This document shows positions 12,774 to 23,199 of a stretch of 64,000 nucleotides of DNA, in pieces. A model generated the notes under the pieces. That model was not told the origin of the DNA and ran no database searches. It saw only the letters and a list, made by a program, of their open reading frames with translations. The translations under genes were made by a program, and so were the position numbers. This DNA is from Prorocentrum cordatum (taxonomy: Eukaryota). Each line of letters starts with the position of its first letter. Position 1 is the first letter of the stretch. The stretch lies in contig CAUYUJ010000114.1 of NCBI GenBank assembly GCA_963575745.1, positions 1,178,001 through 1,242,000 of the forward strand, given 5' to 3'.

Positions 12774-14724
12774 TACTTCTTGGGGCCCTTTTTCTAAAGG
12801 ATGCACCTTAACCTTCATAGGACTGGTTGGGCCCCGACGGCGGCCCTCCCCGTCCGTTGTTGACGACTGCGGGCGGGAGCAGCGCGTGACTTACACCCCT
12901 CTTTCTTTCCTCTCGGGACACTCTTCATGGGGGGGGATCCCATGGGGGGAGAGGATCCCAGGGGGGGATCCCATAGGATCCCCTGGGGATCCCATGGAGA
13001 GTCTCCCGATCCTCTCGCACCTCCTCGACCAAGCCATGCGGAGGACCCGCGAGAGCAGACTTGCCTCGGCGACCCCCGGTTTCCAAGGGCCGCGCGTGTG
13101 TGCGGAGCCCCTGAACAATTACATAAGTGTCTGTGACCTCGAGAGAGAGAGAGAGGAAAAAAAACATGCCTGCTCGCGAGAAGTACGTGCTCACGGTTTT
13201 TTTTTTTTTTTTTTTTTGACACGGGGGCTGGACTCGAGAGCGAGCCAGAGCTCGAGGGTATCAATCGGACGGCAGCTGTCCTCTCTGTGGCTTGGCCGAC
13301 AGCGTTCGCCACCGTGTGTGGCACTGCATGCACCCAGGCGTTGTGCAGGCGAGGACCGAGGCGTTGGGCGAAGATCCTGTTCTTTGGCATGCCGATGCTA
13401 TTGAAAAGAAGATAGGACGATGTATGATCAACCTAAGTGGGAGCACCCCGACAGTAGCTGCCCCCCTTTGAGTAATGACCCGAACCCCCACTTCTTATGA
13501 CACTGGGGGCAACGAAGTTCCGTTGGGGAGCATTGACCTTGTTGGCGCCGATGTGTGCATTGATGGACCAACTATGCGTCACCCCATTCGCGAGCGTTCT
13601 CGTGCCTCGTATGCTTGGGTCTTCTTGGGCGGGGTACCCGACGAGATCCTGGCCACTGCCTGCGGCACCGTCCTCGATGCCCTCCCCCAAACGTCCCAAG
13701 TTGGGGAACATCTTGGGATGGCCCTCCTCCCCATGTTTCAAAAGCTTGGAGGGTCTCGGCGATTCCATGACCGTGATAAAACTATGTCAGAGCTTTTCCG
13801 CCCACTGTGTTTCCTGTAAGCACCGCTATGCAGGACTGAGGCGCGGCGCCTTGCTCCACGAGTCCGTGGGCAATGATCCGCCTGCACAGTATACGCCAGC
13901 CCACAGACAGCTGGAGGAGATAGACCGCCTGCCCGTGGATGAGAAACGCATTGGTCTCGGTAACGGGCCTGCTGATGCCCAGGCCAAGAGAGCTCTCCTC
14001 GACCACCTTCAACCTTTCCCGCTCGAAATGCAGGAGGTGGATGCGAATTTGGAAAAAGGTCCAGGTGTTTTCCCGTGTCTTCGGTAACGTTTTGGCTGCT
14101 GTTCTCCGCAGGAGCGGTTTGAACGGTGCGTTGGAGGAGGTCCAAGGGCAAAGTTTTTGAAATCTGGCGGTTGGCATCCGTGGCAAGACCTCGAAGAAGG
14201 TCGAGCGCGCTGTGTTCGTTGTTTGGCCTTCTGGAATGACCCCTCCCCACGCGCCCTATGGTTGGATGCAAAGGCATGCCTCGAACGCTCCAAAAGACCT
14301 TGAACCCTTCCGTGGGACACACCCTCGCCCACTGTAGAGTCTCGCGAGGCGAAGAGGAGCAAGCATTGTTGTTATGTTTGGCTTGTGGTGCTTACACCTG
14401 TAGTAGTTGCCACCTCTTGGGTAAGGAGTGCTTTCAGCACGAGCTACCCGGCGCTCCTACAACCCTCCGCCGGATTTTTCAGGGTCTGTATCCGCATTAC
14501 AGAAAGGAACGATCCCGCGTTACCTCCTCCAGCCGTCGAGGAGTTACGAACTTGTCATATGTCCCGTCTTTGCCCCCTCCTGAGGAAGAATCTAGGCACG
14601 GGAGCAGGCCCGAATGGCAGGAGCCGCCCGCCGCCGATCGCGGCGAAACGTGATATTAACATGGTTTTGCCTCTGGAGGAATGCAAGAGGAACAAAATAC
14701 AAAAAAAAAGGAAACACACATCTT

Positions 14725-14965
14725 CTCACCCTCCTCCTCCCTCTCTCCCTCCTGCTCCTCCTCCTCCTCCTCCTCCTCCTTCTCCTCCTTCTCCTCCTCC
14801 TTTTCCCTTTCCTCCTCCTCCTCCTCCTCCTCCTCCTCCTCCTCCTCTTTCTCCTCCTCCTCCTCCTCCTCCTCCTCCTCCTCCTCCTCCTCCTCCTCTT
14901 CCTCCTCCTTCTCTTCCTCCTCCTCCTCCTCCTCCACCTCCCTCCCTCATCCCCCCTCCCCCCTT
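14725..14965. repeat. (CCT)n microsatellite
   Basis: cct run right after the LINE A-rich end. Confidence 0.9.
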
Positions 14966-15789
14966 GCTTGTCCGCCACCCCCGCCGGCCCAAGGCCCCTA
15001 CAATTACCGGCTGGACGTCGAGTCGCTGCCTTTGGACAGCCCCGCGGCCAGCTTCGGAGAGAGGCTGGAAGGCCAGGGCTGGCAGCTTGAAGGCCCAGGG
15101 GTCGTCCTGCTCCTCCTTCACCTCCTCCTGCGCATCCTCCTCCTCCTCCTCCTTCACCTCCTCCTGCGCCTCCTCCTCCTCCTCCTGACGCCGATCATCT
15201 TAGAGGTAATCCCTGATAATGACCATCAGGTTCCAGACCCAACTCAGAGACTCAGATTGGCGCCTGCCGAGTTAGAGAGAGTTCCAGCCAGCTCGGCACC
15301 ACCAGCGTCCCGAGATAGCACCCGCTTCTCGATGCTGCAGGCCTCAGGACAGCTGACCCTTCGTGAGCCTAGCCAGCCTGCTGCAGTGCTCCAGACCAAT
15401 GTCGACCCCCGTCTCCTCACTCCCCGACCCGATCCTCCGCCACGCCCTCCATCGCGCCGCAAAGGCAAACCGAAGGGCGCTGCACCTCAAAAACCGCAAC
15501 ACCCGAGTGCTCGTGAGCGGCTGGCCCGACGAGCGCGGGAGCGGCTTGCTCGCAGAACCAGTGCGCTTGTTGACGCATGCGCCCCTTTGGCGCGAGTGAG
15601 GGACCCAGCTCCAGACAGATCCAGAAGTCAGCTAGACAGGCGCGCGCTCCAGTTGTAGAGTAGCCACATAAGTCGTGACGACCCGTTGGATCCGAGTCAG
15701 AGTCAGTCAGCAGTCCTTCTCCTCTTTCTCCTCCTCCTCCTCCTCCTCCTCCTCCTCCTCCTCCTCCTACGCCCCCCTCTTTGCTTCAT

Positions 15790-18700
15790 AAGGGCTCCTA
15801 GGTTCTACCCGTGCAAAGGAAAGGAGGAGGCAAGTTAAATTGAGGGCGTAGCCTCCTCCAGCTCCATATTGAAATCGCGCGGCCTGCGGCGCGCGTGCGT
15901 GAAGAGGGAGATGCAAGGAAATCAGCAAGAGGGACGGGGGGGAGGGGGCCCGCAGATTGAGCAAGGGCCCCAGGATCTGCGTCGACCGTTAGTTTGTCCA
16001 CCTGTCTAAATCGCCGATTGTGAAGCATACAGGCATTACCCATGTCACACGGGGCGCATGGGTCGAGGGGGGTCAGCAATTTGCAGCAGAAGCTCTGGTT
16101 CAATATCAAACCGTGTTGCGCCATGTTGCGAGCCAGCAGTCTGCTTAATAGCGGTCGGTAGGCTTTGGCCTGGGTTGTGCACCATCTCCCGTCCTCTGCT
16201 TTTCCCTTGAGTTCCCAAGAGCCCCGTGGGCTTGAGAGCGAGGGACGCGAAAGAACACTGGTCGATCCATGAAAGCACAAACTAAGACTGCTCCAGCAGT
16301 GCACTGATGTGTGGCAATCTCCAACTTCGGCGAGCTTGGGGAACAGAGGTGCTGGTAGCGGGGCCCCATGATCGATGGGACTCCAGTTGTCCAGCAAGTG
16401 TGTAAAACATCAATACTCGTGCGAAGGAGAAGATTTCCCAGCCTCGCCTTCTGGAGTTCAGGCTGAGAGACGTGGGGGAGACCCCAGGGAAGGGGAATGG
16501 AGCCCAGGGGGCGTGGGGGTCTGGTCTTACCACGCTCCTTAAACGGCAATGTCTGGCGGCACTCCAAGTTTCACAACTCAGACCCATGACCACCCCCGAA
16601 CCGTAGCCAAGCCTGGCGCTGGACAGTCAGGGCGCCAGCGTGCCCTCTCTCGTGAGATCTCCGACCACCTCCTAAGTTGCTATGTCCACGCTGAGAACGA
16701 GCACCCGCATCGGAAATTCGTCGGTTATCGTCTCGAGACACGCTTACAAGTAATTTTCACGCCTGGCGCATGGTGAAGAACGAACATGGTCCGCTGCTGG
16801 GGGGGTCTCACACACCCGCAGGTTGAGCTGAGTGGTGGTCGTCTCAGATTCATTAAGAGGCACGACTGGAGCCGCGGTCGGGGGTGGCTTCACATATCCG
16901 CTGCGATTGAGGGGTACGACGGGAGGTCCGAACACTTGCACTGGCACGTGTCTGGCAAAGGTCTCACATCTTCCCTCATTGTTGTTCCTGGCCGTACCCT
17001 CCCTAACTCCGTTCCTGGCTTGCTCAATATCCTCGCTGAAACATCGGGTGCTGGAGCTACGATAGGCAGCAAGACGGTACGTCACGCGATGAAGGTGTTT
17101 GATGAGACGCGCTCCGTCCCAGAAATCTGTCATACACACTTGGCAACAGCTTCCCGAGGCGATCCTGGCCAGTGAGATGTACGCAGAATGAAACGTTCCT
17201 TTGTGCGCGTTGAGCGCGCGCACCGTAGGCGCCAGGTGGCCACACTCATAGCAAAGAAACTTGGATTGAGAGGGGGAGGGGATTGGGGACAAGGGGTTCC
17301 AGAGCAGCCCGAGAAGGACTTGATGCTGGCTTCGAGGGCCTGTCCCAGGGTGGTCCCGCGGGCGCTGTGCTGCAGCCTGGTTTCCACTGGGTTCTTGCCT
17401 GGCCATGTCAAGCCGCTGCACATGGCCCTGCTCAGGGTCGTGCAATTGGTCGAGCCAGCTGAACTCTTTGAGCAAGAGTTGGCCCCAGGACCCCGCCAGA
17501 TCCCAGGACACGTCCAGACAAATCCGGCGCACTGATGGTCCACTTTGCAAAATGTTGGAATGATGACGCAAGCGAGCAACATGTACAACAATGTCCCACG
17601 GCAGGCGTCCAATTTTTGTGTTCTATTTTCTTGCACGAGTTGTGTTGTTGCGTTTTGCTGGCCCTCGGAAGCTCGAGGGGGGTCCGGTAAATGCTTTCGT
17701 GGGCAGCTCTCATGCGCGAGGCCAGTTGGGTATTTAAATGCGGCCAGGTGGCCGCCGAGCGAAACAACTTGGGCGCCACGGAGGAGCAGAAAAGAACGTG
17801 GGGCACAGCAAGCCATATGGGAAGCAAGGCCGAGCGAGCCGAGGAGCATCGAGCAACAGCTTCTCTGCCAAGTCTTCCATTCACACCGACGGTGGATCCC
17901 AGGCATTTGCAATCTTGGGCAATGCTACCCTGCAATCCCCACTTTGATGAAACCAGCTGGGGGCACAAACCTCGAACAAGAATCCGTTCGTCCTCTGCGT
18001 CATGCACGCAATCGTCACACTCTCTTTCCTTGCCGGCTTCACTGCTATAGCATATAGCGTTGATTTTTGGCGAGAATTTTGCGCTAGTGATTCCCGTTGG
18101 CAGCAGCAAGCAACCAAGTTTTGTTCATGTTCATGCGACGTCCATGGCAGGCGGTGGCTTCAAAGATGGCATCAATAACGAAAGCAGCTCTGGCAAGCAG
18201 CAGTTTGGAGCCCGTGCTATGACGCATGGCCGTGAGATCGCCGCCAATTGAGACGGCGGCAAGTTGTCCTCCCCAATCGCTCTCCTTAGACAGATCCCTC
18301 TTTCACAGGGCCCTGGTTCCAGCACAGATTTTTCTCCGAAACCAAGCTCTCCACCATCTGTTGGGTAGAGCTGAAAACGAGGTTGAAAGCGCCCATGTCC
18401 ATGACGGACCCCGGTCGCGTCCCGGTCCTTGGGTCGACGCAAAGCTCCATGTTTCTCAAGTCATAATTCCTCCCATGTGCGCCTTTCCTACCGGCTCGGG
18501 GAAAAACGCTCATCGAAAACGGAGGTGGTGGCAAGTTGAGCTTTCGCACCCTGGATCAGGACCGCGGGGAGCTCCATTCGGTCCCAGGTTTCCTCAAGAT
18601 CTTCAGCATTGGTGGGGAATTTGAACGCAGACTGTAGGATTATGCTATAGAATGCAGTCGTGATATCATTTTACACGATGGCTGATGTGAGTTTTAGGGA

Positions 18701-19200
18701 CTGCATGGCAGCAACATGCGCACGCACGAGATGTATGGCCGAGTCCGTGCCTTTTCCTTGTATGCCTCCTTAGTGAATATCCTAGCTCCCATGAAAAAAG
18801 CATTGGCACGGTTCTTGACCATGCGATGGCGACATTTGGCAATCGTGTTGCCAAGGAGGATCGTTATTTGAGCTTTCTTAGACGAGGTGTCACCGCTGCC
18901 TTTGCGAAGATGACCAACCCCGGCGTCCCTAAAGCCCAAGGGTTCGCAGCCCATCGGGGTTGTTTTGAAACGCAGGGGTTCCGGTGTCTGGACACCGCTC
19001 CAGGCGCAAGTCTGCCAAGATCGCCTGGAACTCCGCCAGGCCCAGAGCCCCTCCACGGCGTCGTTCGAGTGAGCACCCTCTCCGGTTCGTCGACGGATGG
19101 GAGCACCTGCAAGTCTCTGGGTGTACCTACGTCCAACATGGGGGGATTGCCGATTGTAGTCATCAGCGCTCTTGTCGGCCCTAACTTGAACGCCTGATTC
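15790..19200 (-). mobile_element. Decayed LINE: RT, C2H2-type zinc fingers and C-terminal C5 DNA methyltransferase-like domain
   Basis: RT pieces GSGPGGVPGDL, LRKGSG..ILLGNTIAKCRH, TGTRPG..FNLVF, CKCLGS..GREAVARCSSARSAL; fingers CYECGH..LNAHKGTFH and CQVCMTDF..RLIKHL; then FVLH, VLVLSVDI, GDL, GLSCETWSAAR, PRPL..PWGL..LGNLLL, DQC..KPT, AKAY; many stops and frameshifts. Confidence 0.78.
16110..16790 (-). pseudogene. Retrotransposon-borne cytosine-5 DNA methyltransferase-like domain (degenerate)
   Basis: Ordered motif series I-II-III-IV (FVLH../SVDI/GDL/GxSCETWS, from PPC), a degenerate motif VI, DQC-KPT and AKxY, read across frameshifts. Confidence 0.68.
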
Positions 19201-19239
19201 AAATTTTCTGATGAGCGTCCAGCACCTCACCCTGGTCAT

Positions 19240-19800
19240 CACGCCTTCAACACGGTGAGTCGAGCCGAGGTCCTGCGACGAACCCGACAGCATTTCCCAG
19301 CACGGTCCCGCTGGTGTCAATAGTGTTGTGGCGGCCACAGCGCGCTGCAGTTTGGGCACTGGCAGGCAGCACCCAAGAGCGGCGTGCGGCGAGGCGACCC
19401 CCTTGGTCCGCTCGTGTTCTCCCCTGGCGCTCTTCTACTTCGGGAATCGGGGGGAGGAGTGAGAAGAGGAGGAGGAGGAGGAGGAGGAGGAGGAGGAGGA
19501 GGAGGAGGAGGAGGAGGAGGGGGAGGAGGGGGACGGAGGTTTCAATTTGGCGCTCTTCTACTTCGACGACGCGTCGTCGAGGCAGCGCCGCTGCCGTTGC
19601 AGACGCCCTCCAGACTCTTGTGTTGCGTGGGCCTTGTGTCGGTCTCCACCTCAACCTAGGCAAGAGCGAGCTGATCGTGCCCTCCAGAGTGTTTGCTGCT
19701 AACTCGGCGGCGCTCTTCCCGCCAGCTCTCCTCAGGGATGAGCAGGCAAGCGAGAGCAGGGTCAACTTGGCCAGCGACTTCAAGATCCTCGTGGACCTGG
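19240..19800 (+). mobile_element. RT fragment of a CRE-like (early-branching) non-LTR retrotransposon
   Basis: HAFNTVSRAEVL..HFP..W..CCGGHSALQFG..SGVRRGDPLGPLVFS; LALFYFDD (19548-19570); GLHLNLGKSEL; interrupted by a (GGA)n insert. Confidence 0.75.
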
Positions 19801-20160
19801 AGGGTTCCTTATTTGGTGAGGGCCGCGGCGATGTCCACGGCCAATCTACGATTGGAGTTCCACCGGCGTCCAGACCTTAGATTCATTTCAAATGTTTCTT
19901 TATCCAATGCCCTCGCCGTACTCATCCCCCCCTGCTCCTTCCATCCTGAGGGGGGGAGGGGAGGGAGGCAGACGGCGACGAGGGATGAGGAAGAGGGAGG
20001 AGGGAAGAAAGAAGATCGGAGGAGTAGGGAGGAAGGAAGAAGAAGGAAAGGAGGAGGGGGGGACGGGGGGCGTGCGACACCCCTTCCCCTCCCCATGGCC
20101 ACCCCCTCCACTGGCGCCCCGCTGGATTGACTCTCGGAATGGTCACAAATATGTGGAAGT

Positions 20161-20400
20161 GTGGAGAAAGGCTCCGAGCCCTGTTGCCATTCCGCCCACT
20201 GTTCTGTCGGTGTCATTTTAGTCGGAGATTTTCAGGCTCACCACGTTTCATGGCTCAGGCACAGCCACTCGACGACCCCAGAGGGAATTCGATTTATCGA
20301 TCTAGTTTTTACTGATCTCCCTAATCTCGACACTGTTGAGGTGGTCAGCGAGGTCAGCGAGATTGCAGACTGTCGCGGATTGTCTCTTCGCTTCTTTCAA
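20161..20400 (+). mobile_element. APE-type endonuclease fragment of a LINE
   Basis: GVILVGDFQAHHVSWL..TPEG..IDLVFTDL matches the GDFNAH / LDL motifs. Confidence 0.65.
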
Positions 20401-20804
20401 GACGCTGAAGAGTCCGGGTTCCGATCTGCGGCTGTCCCCCCAGCATTCTGTCGTGCATTTGGGCGCGGCTGGAGCCAAAAAGCGGCCTCGCTCCTTACCT
20501 AGCGTTCCATGTGGCAGCAGCTCGACTGTGCTGGAAGGCCTGGAGGAAGCTTCCAAACCTGGAGATCATTCCCCTGACTCGACATGGCGGTGCAAAATAC
20601 CCGGAGGCGGCCCCGCCGCCCCCCCCACTCTGCCCCTCTCCGCCCCGCTGGACCCCTCGACCGACCCAGCGCCGAGGGCACCAGCACGCCGCCGTGCTGG
20701 CCGAGAAGCGGAAGAGCCGGGGGATCTGCCGGGGCCTCAAGTTGCACTCAGATGCGGCAGCTTTGAGACGGGGGTCAATGCCAACGGGGGTCAGCCAGAG
20801 CGCC

Positions 20805-20975
20805 CGATCTTGCAGGATCCTGCAGGGCCAGGGTCGCATTGGCCCGGGTTTGGGTTCAGGATCCTGCAGGATCCTTCGCACTGACCCGGGTTTGGGTGCA
20901 GGATCTTGCAGGATCTTGCAGGATTCTGCAAGACCTGACTGACCCGGGTCTGGATTGACCCGGGTCAGAAGATCC
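20805..20975. repeat. Palindromic short-unit repeat cluster (gcaggatcctgc, gacccgggt)
   Basis: Multiple tgcaggatc(c/t)tgcag and gacccgggt copies. Confidence 0.7.
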
Positions 20976-21714
20976 CCGACAGATGCATGTTGTTTTATCA
21001 GGCGCTCTGTTTCTCCCAGGATCAAGGCGAAAAACACAGCAACTGCGGCGCACGCCGCTCGAGGGGTGCCACGGGCCAAAATGCTTACGGTTCGGGTGCA
21101 GCTTGCGTTGATGCTTCTCTCGCCACGCACAGCTGTCTAACTACTGTCTGCTCCGGCCTGCTTCGCAGCAGACCTGGCGAGCCACCATCGGGCGCGCCGT
21201 TGCTAGGAGACTGGCTTCTTGGATCCTGAGGTGTACTGCAAAGGCCTTACGGTAGGTCCGCGTCGTGTCGACCAGCGGCGACCCCGCCGCCTGCGTTCAA
21301 CGTTGAACGCCGCCAGCGACTCAGAATCAGTCGATGCTGACCGATCTGGCGTTTCGGAAACGGTCGATCGTTCAAGGTTGAACGGTCCCCGTGGTGTCAG
21401 GAACCAACGCCAGGGTCGACGGGTCGACACGACACGAACCCGCGGTACGGCCGGTGCCGCCGTCCCTGGACGACGGCCTCGTTGATGGAAAGGGCGTTCG
21501 GGAAGGTCGGGACCAGACGCCCCCAAGAGTGCCCAAAAGGGCCACACGGCGAGGTGCCCGAGAACCTCCACGAAGTTTCGGGGGGGGGGTCTTGGGAGCC
21601 TTTCGGAAGCCTCCTGGGGTTTCCTGGCGGTTCCTTGGGGGCGCCTTGGGGCCAGGGCGGGGGCCAGGGGGGGGTGATATTCTGACACGGGACGCCCCGC
21701 CCTACACCCCCGGA

Positions 21715-21910
21715 CAACGGCCCGATTCGGCGTCAGGCCCGTTTCGGCTTCGGACCCGTTTCGGTTTCGGCCCGATTCGGCCTCGGCCCGTTCCGGTTTT
21801 GGCGCGTGTTGTGCTCGATCCGTTTCGGTTCCGCCCGGTTCGGCTTCGGTGCGTTTTGGCTTCGGACTGTTTCCGTTTCGCCCGTTTCGGCTTCAGCTTG
21901 GTTCGGTTTT
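21715..21910. repeat. Left arm of foldback-like element (ggcccgtttcgg units)
   Basis: Tandem degenerate units, inverse of those at 27625-27840. Confidence 0.7.
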
Positions 21911-21920
21911 TGCCCCATGC

Positions 21921-22048
21921 TGCTCGGGATCTTGTGTGTTTCGGACGCAGACAATTCAACACATGCCCGCAGGCCCTTTTGTTCGAGCTGCGTGGAAGAA
22001 AAGAGCTCCAGGTTATGCTTTCCCCACGCTTCCGCTTAAATTCCGCCA
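21921..22048 (+). repeat. 5' LTR (128 bp)
   Basis: tgctcgggatcttg...ttccgcca; aligned by eye to the 3' copy with 8 substitutions plus one ~5-bp indel region. Confidence 0.9.
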
Positions 22049-22063
22049 TGGTTGCGGAGCGTG
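22049..22063 (+). promoter_or_regulatory. Primer-binding site, initiator tRNA-Met-like
   Basis: TGGTTGCGGAGCGTG directly after the LTR; resembles TGGTAGCAGAGC-type PBS. Confidence 0.65.
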
Positions 22064-22117
22064 TGTCTCTGTGGTGAACTACGCAGATCACGATCCACGG
22101 GAGATTGAGGACGCGCG

Positions 22118-23000
22118 TTGCTGATGGCAGCGGCACCCAGAGAGCAGCTGGTGGATTGCAGAGGCGACACCAAGTTGCCCGAGTTCAGCGGCAGAGACGA
22201 GGACTGGCCCAGCTGGTCCATCAAAGCACATGCGTTCTTGGCGCTGATGGGCTGGGACGACCTCATCGACAATGTCGAGGCCCAGCCAGCGTTGGCAGTA
22301 GACAGCGTCAGCATGGGCGAGCGCGCGGCGGCGACGAGCATGCTGCTGCACGCCATGCTGATCACCAAGACCCAGCGCAAGGCGCTGGCGATGGTCACGC
22401 TCTCGGGCAGGCATGAGGGTTTCGTGGCCTGCCGGGCGATCAAGAACGAGTACGAGCTTGGGTTGGGCAACAGGTTCGCAGCCATGCTCAGCGGCCTGCT
22501 CAACCCCAGGTGGGACGACCAGAAGCCGTTCGCCGACCAGCTCGTCGACTGGGACAACGGCGTGGCGAGGCATGTCATGCAGGCGGGGAAGGACTTCGGA
22601 GATGAGTTCCGCATCGCCACGCTGCTCGCGCATAGCCCCGAGCCGTGCAAGACCGTGCTGCGCAATGCTCCGGCGGCCGCCAAGGTCTCGCACATGGCCC
22701 TGAGGGCTCACATGCGAGAGTGGATGACGCTGGGGCAGGTCTTCGCAGCCAGCGGCACGGTGGACTGAGGCCCAGCGCCAATGGAGATTGGCGCGATCTC
22801 GGGGCATGCCCTGCCGCGGCAGCCTTGGGCGAAGCGCAAGGGCGACAAGTCGGGCGGCGGCAAGGGCGACGAGATGGGCGGCAAAGGCGACAGGGGCGGC
22901 AAAGGCAGCAAGAAAGGAGCCAAGAATGACAAGCTCAAGGGCAACACCCCCCCCAAGTTCGAGGGGGGCTGCAACTGGCGCCAGAAGCAGGGGCACATTG
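22118..23000 (+). pseudogene. gag: copia gag with zinc knuckle (in-frame TGA at 22766-22768)
   Basis: KLPEFSGRDEDWPSWSIK; GPAPMEIGAI after the stop; CNWRQKQGHIEKDC (CCHC with one Cys lost). Confidence 0.8.
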
Positions 23001-23199
23001 AGAAGGACTGCTGGCACAAGGCGGCCGGCAAGCCTCGGGCGCCAACGGCGGCGCCCCCGAAGGCGGCCGCAGTCCAGCAGGGCCCTGCAGGCGCTGAGGA
23101 CCAGAGGACCGCGGGCGAAGTGACCGCGGGCTCCGACGGCGACGAGGTCGGCTGGGTCTTCGGGGTCAGGAGCCCGGTCGGAGGCTGCCGCAGGGAGGA

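Larger units (their letters stand above)
11700..14710 (+). mobile_element. Decayed non-LTR retrotransposon (RT, RNase H, C-terminal Cys motif), interrupted by insertions
   Basis: LSSYVDG (YxDD-like) near 11760; RIGKIYMAEAFLATSFGSAV; RNase H-like CIDGP..HPIRERSRASYA..LPQTSQVGEH and TPAH..GNGPADAQAK (13550-13990); CLACGAY..LLGKEC..LRRIFQGLYP (14375-14495); A-rich 3' end at 14691-14709. Confidence 0.72.

Noticed and set aside
16601..16609. CCGTAGCCA as an SL relic
   Set aside because: Only 9 nt, and it is the antisense of the DNMT-like coding region
20469..20486. Minus-strand TTTTGGCTCCAG as an SL relic
   Set aside because: 5' half does not match and no ORF supports it
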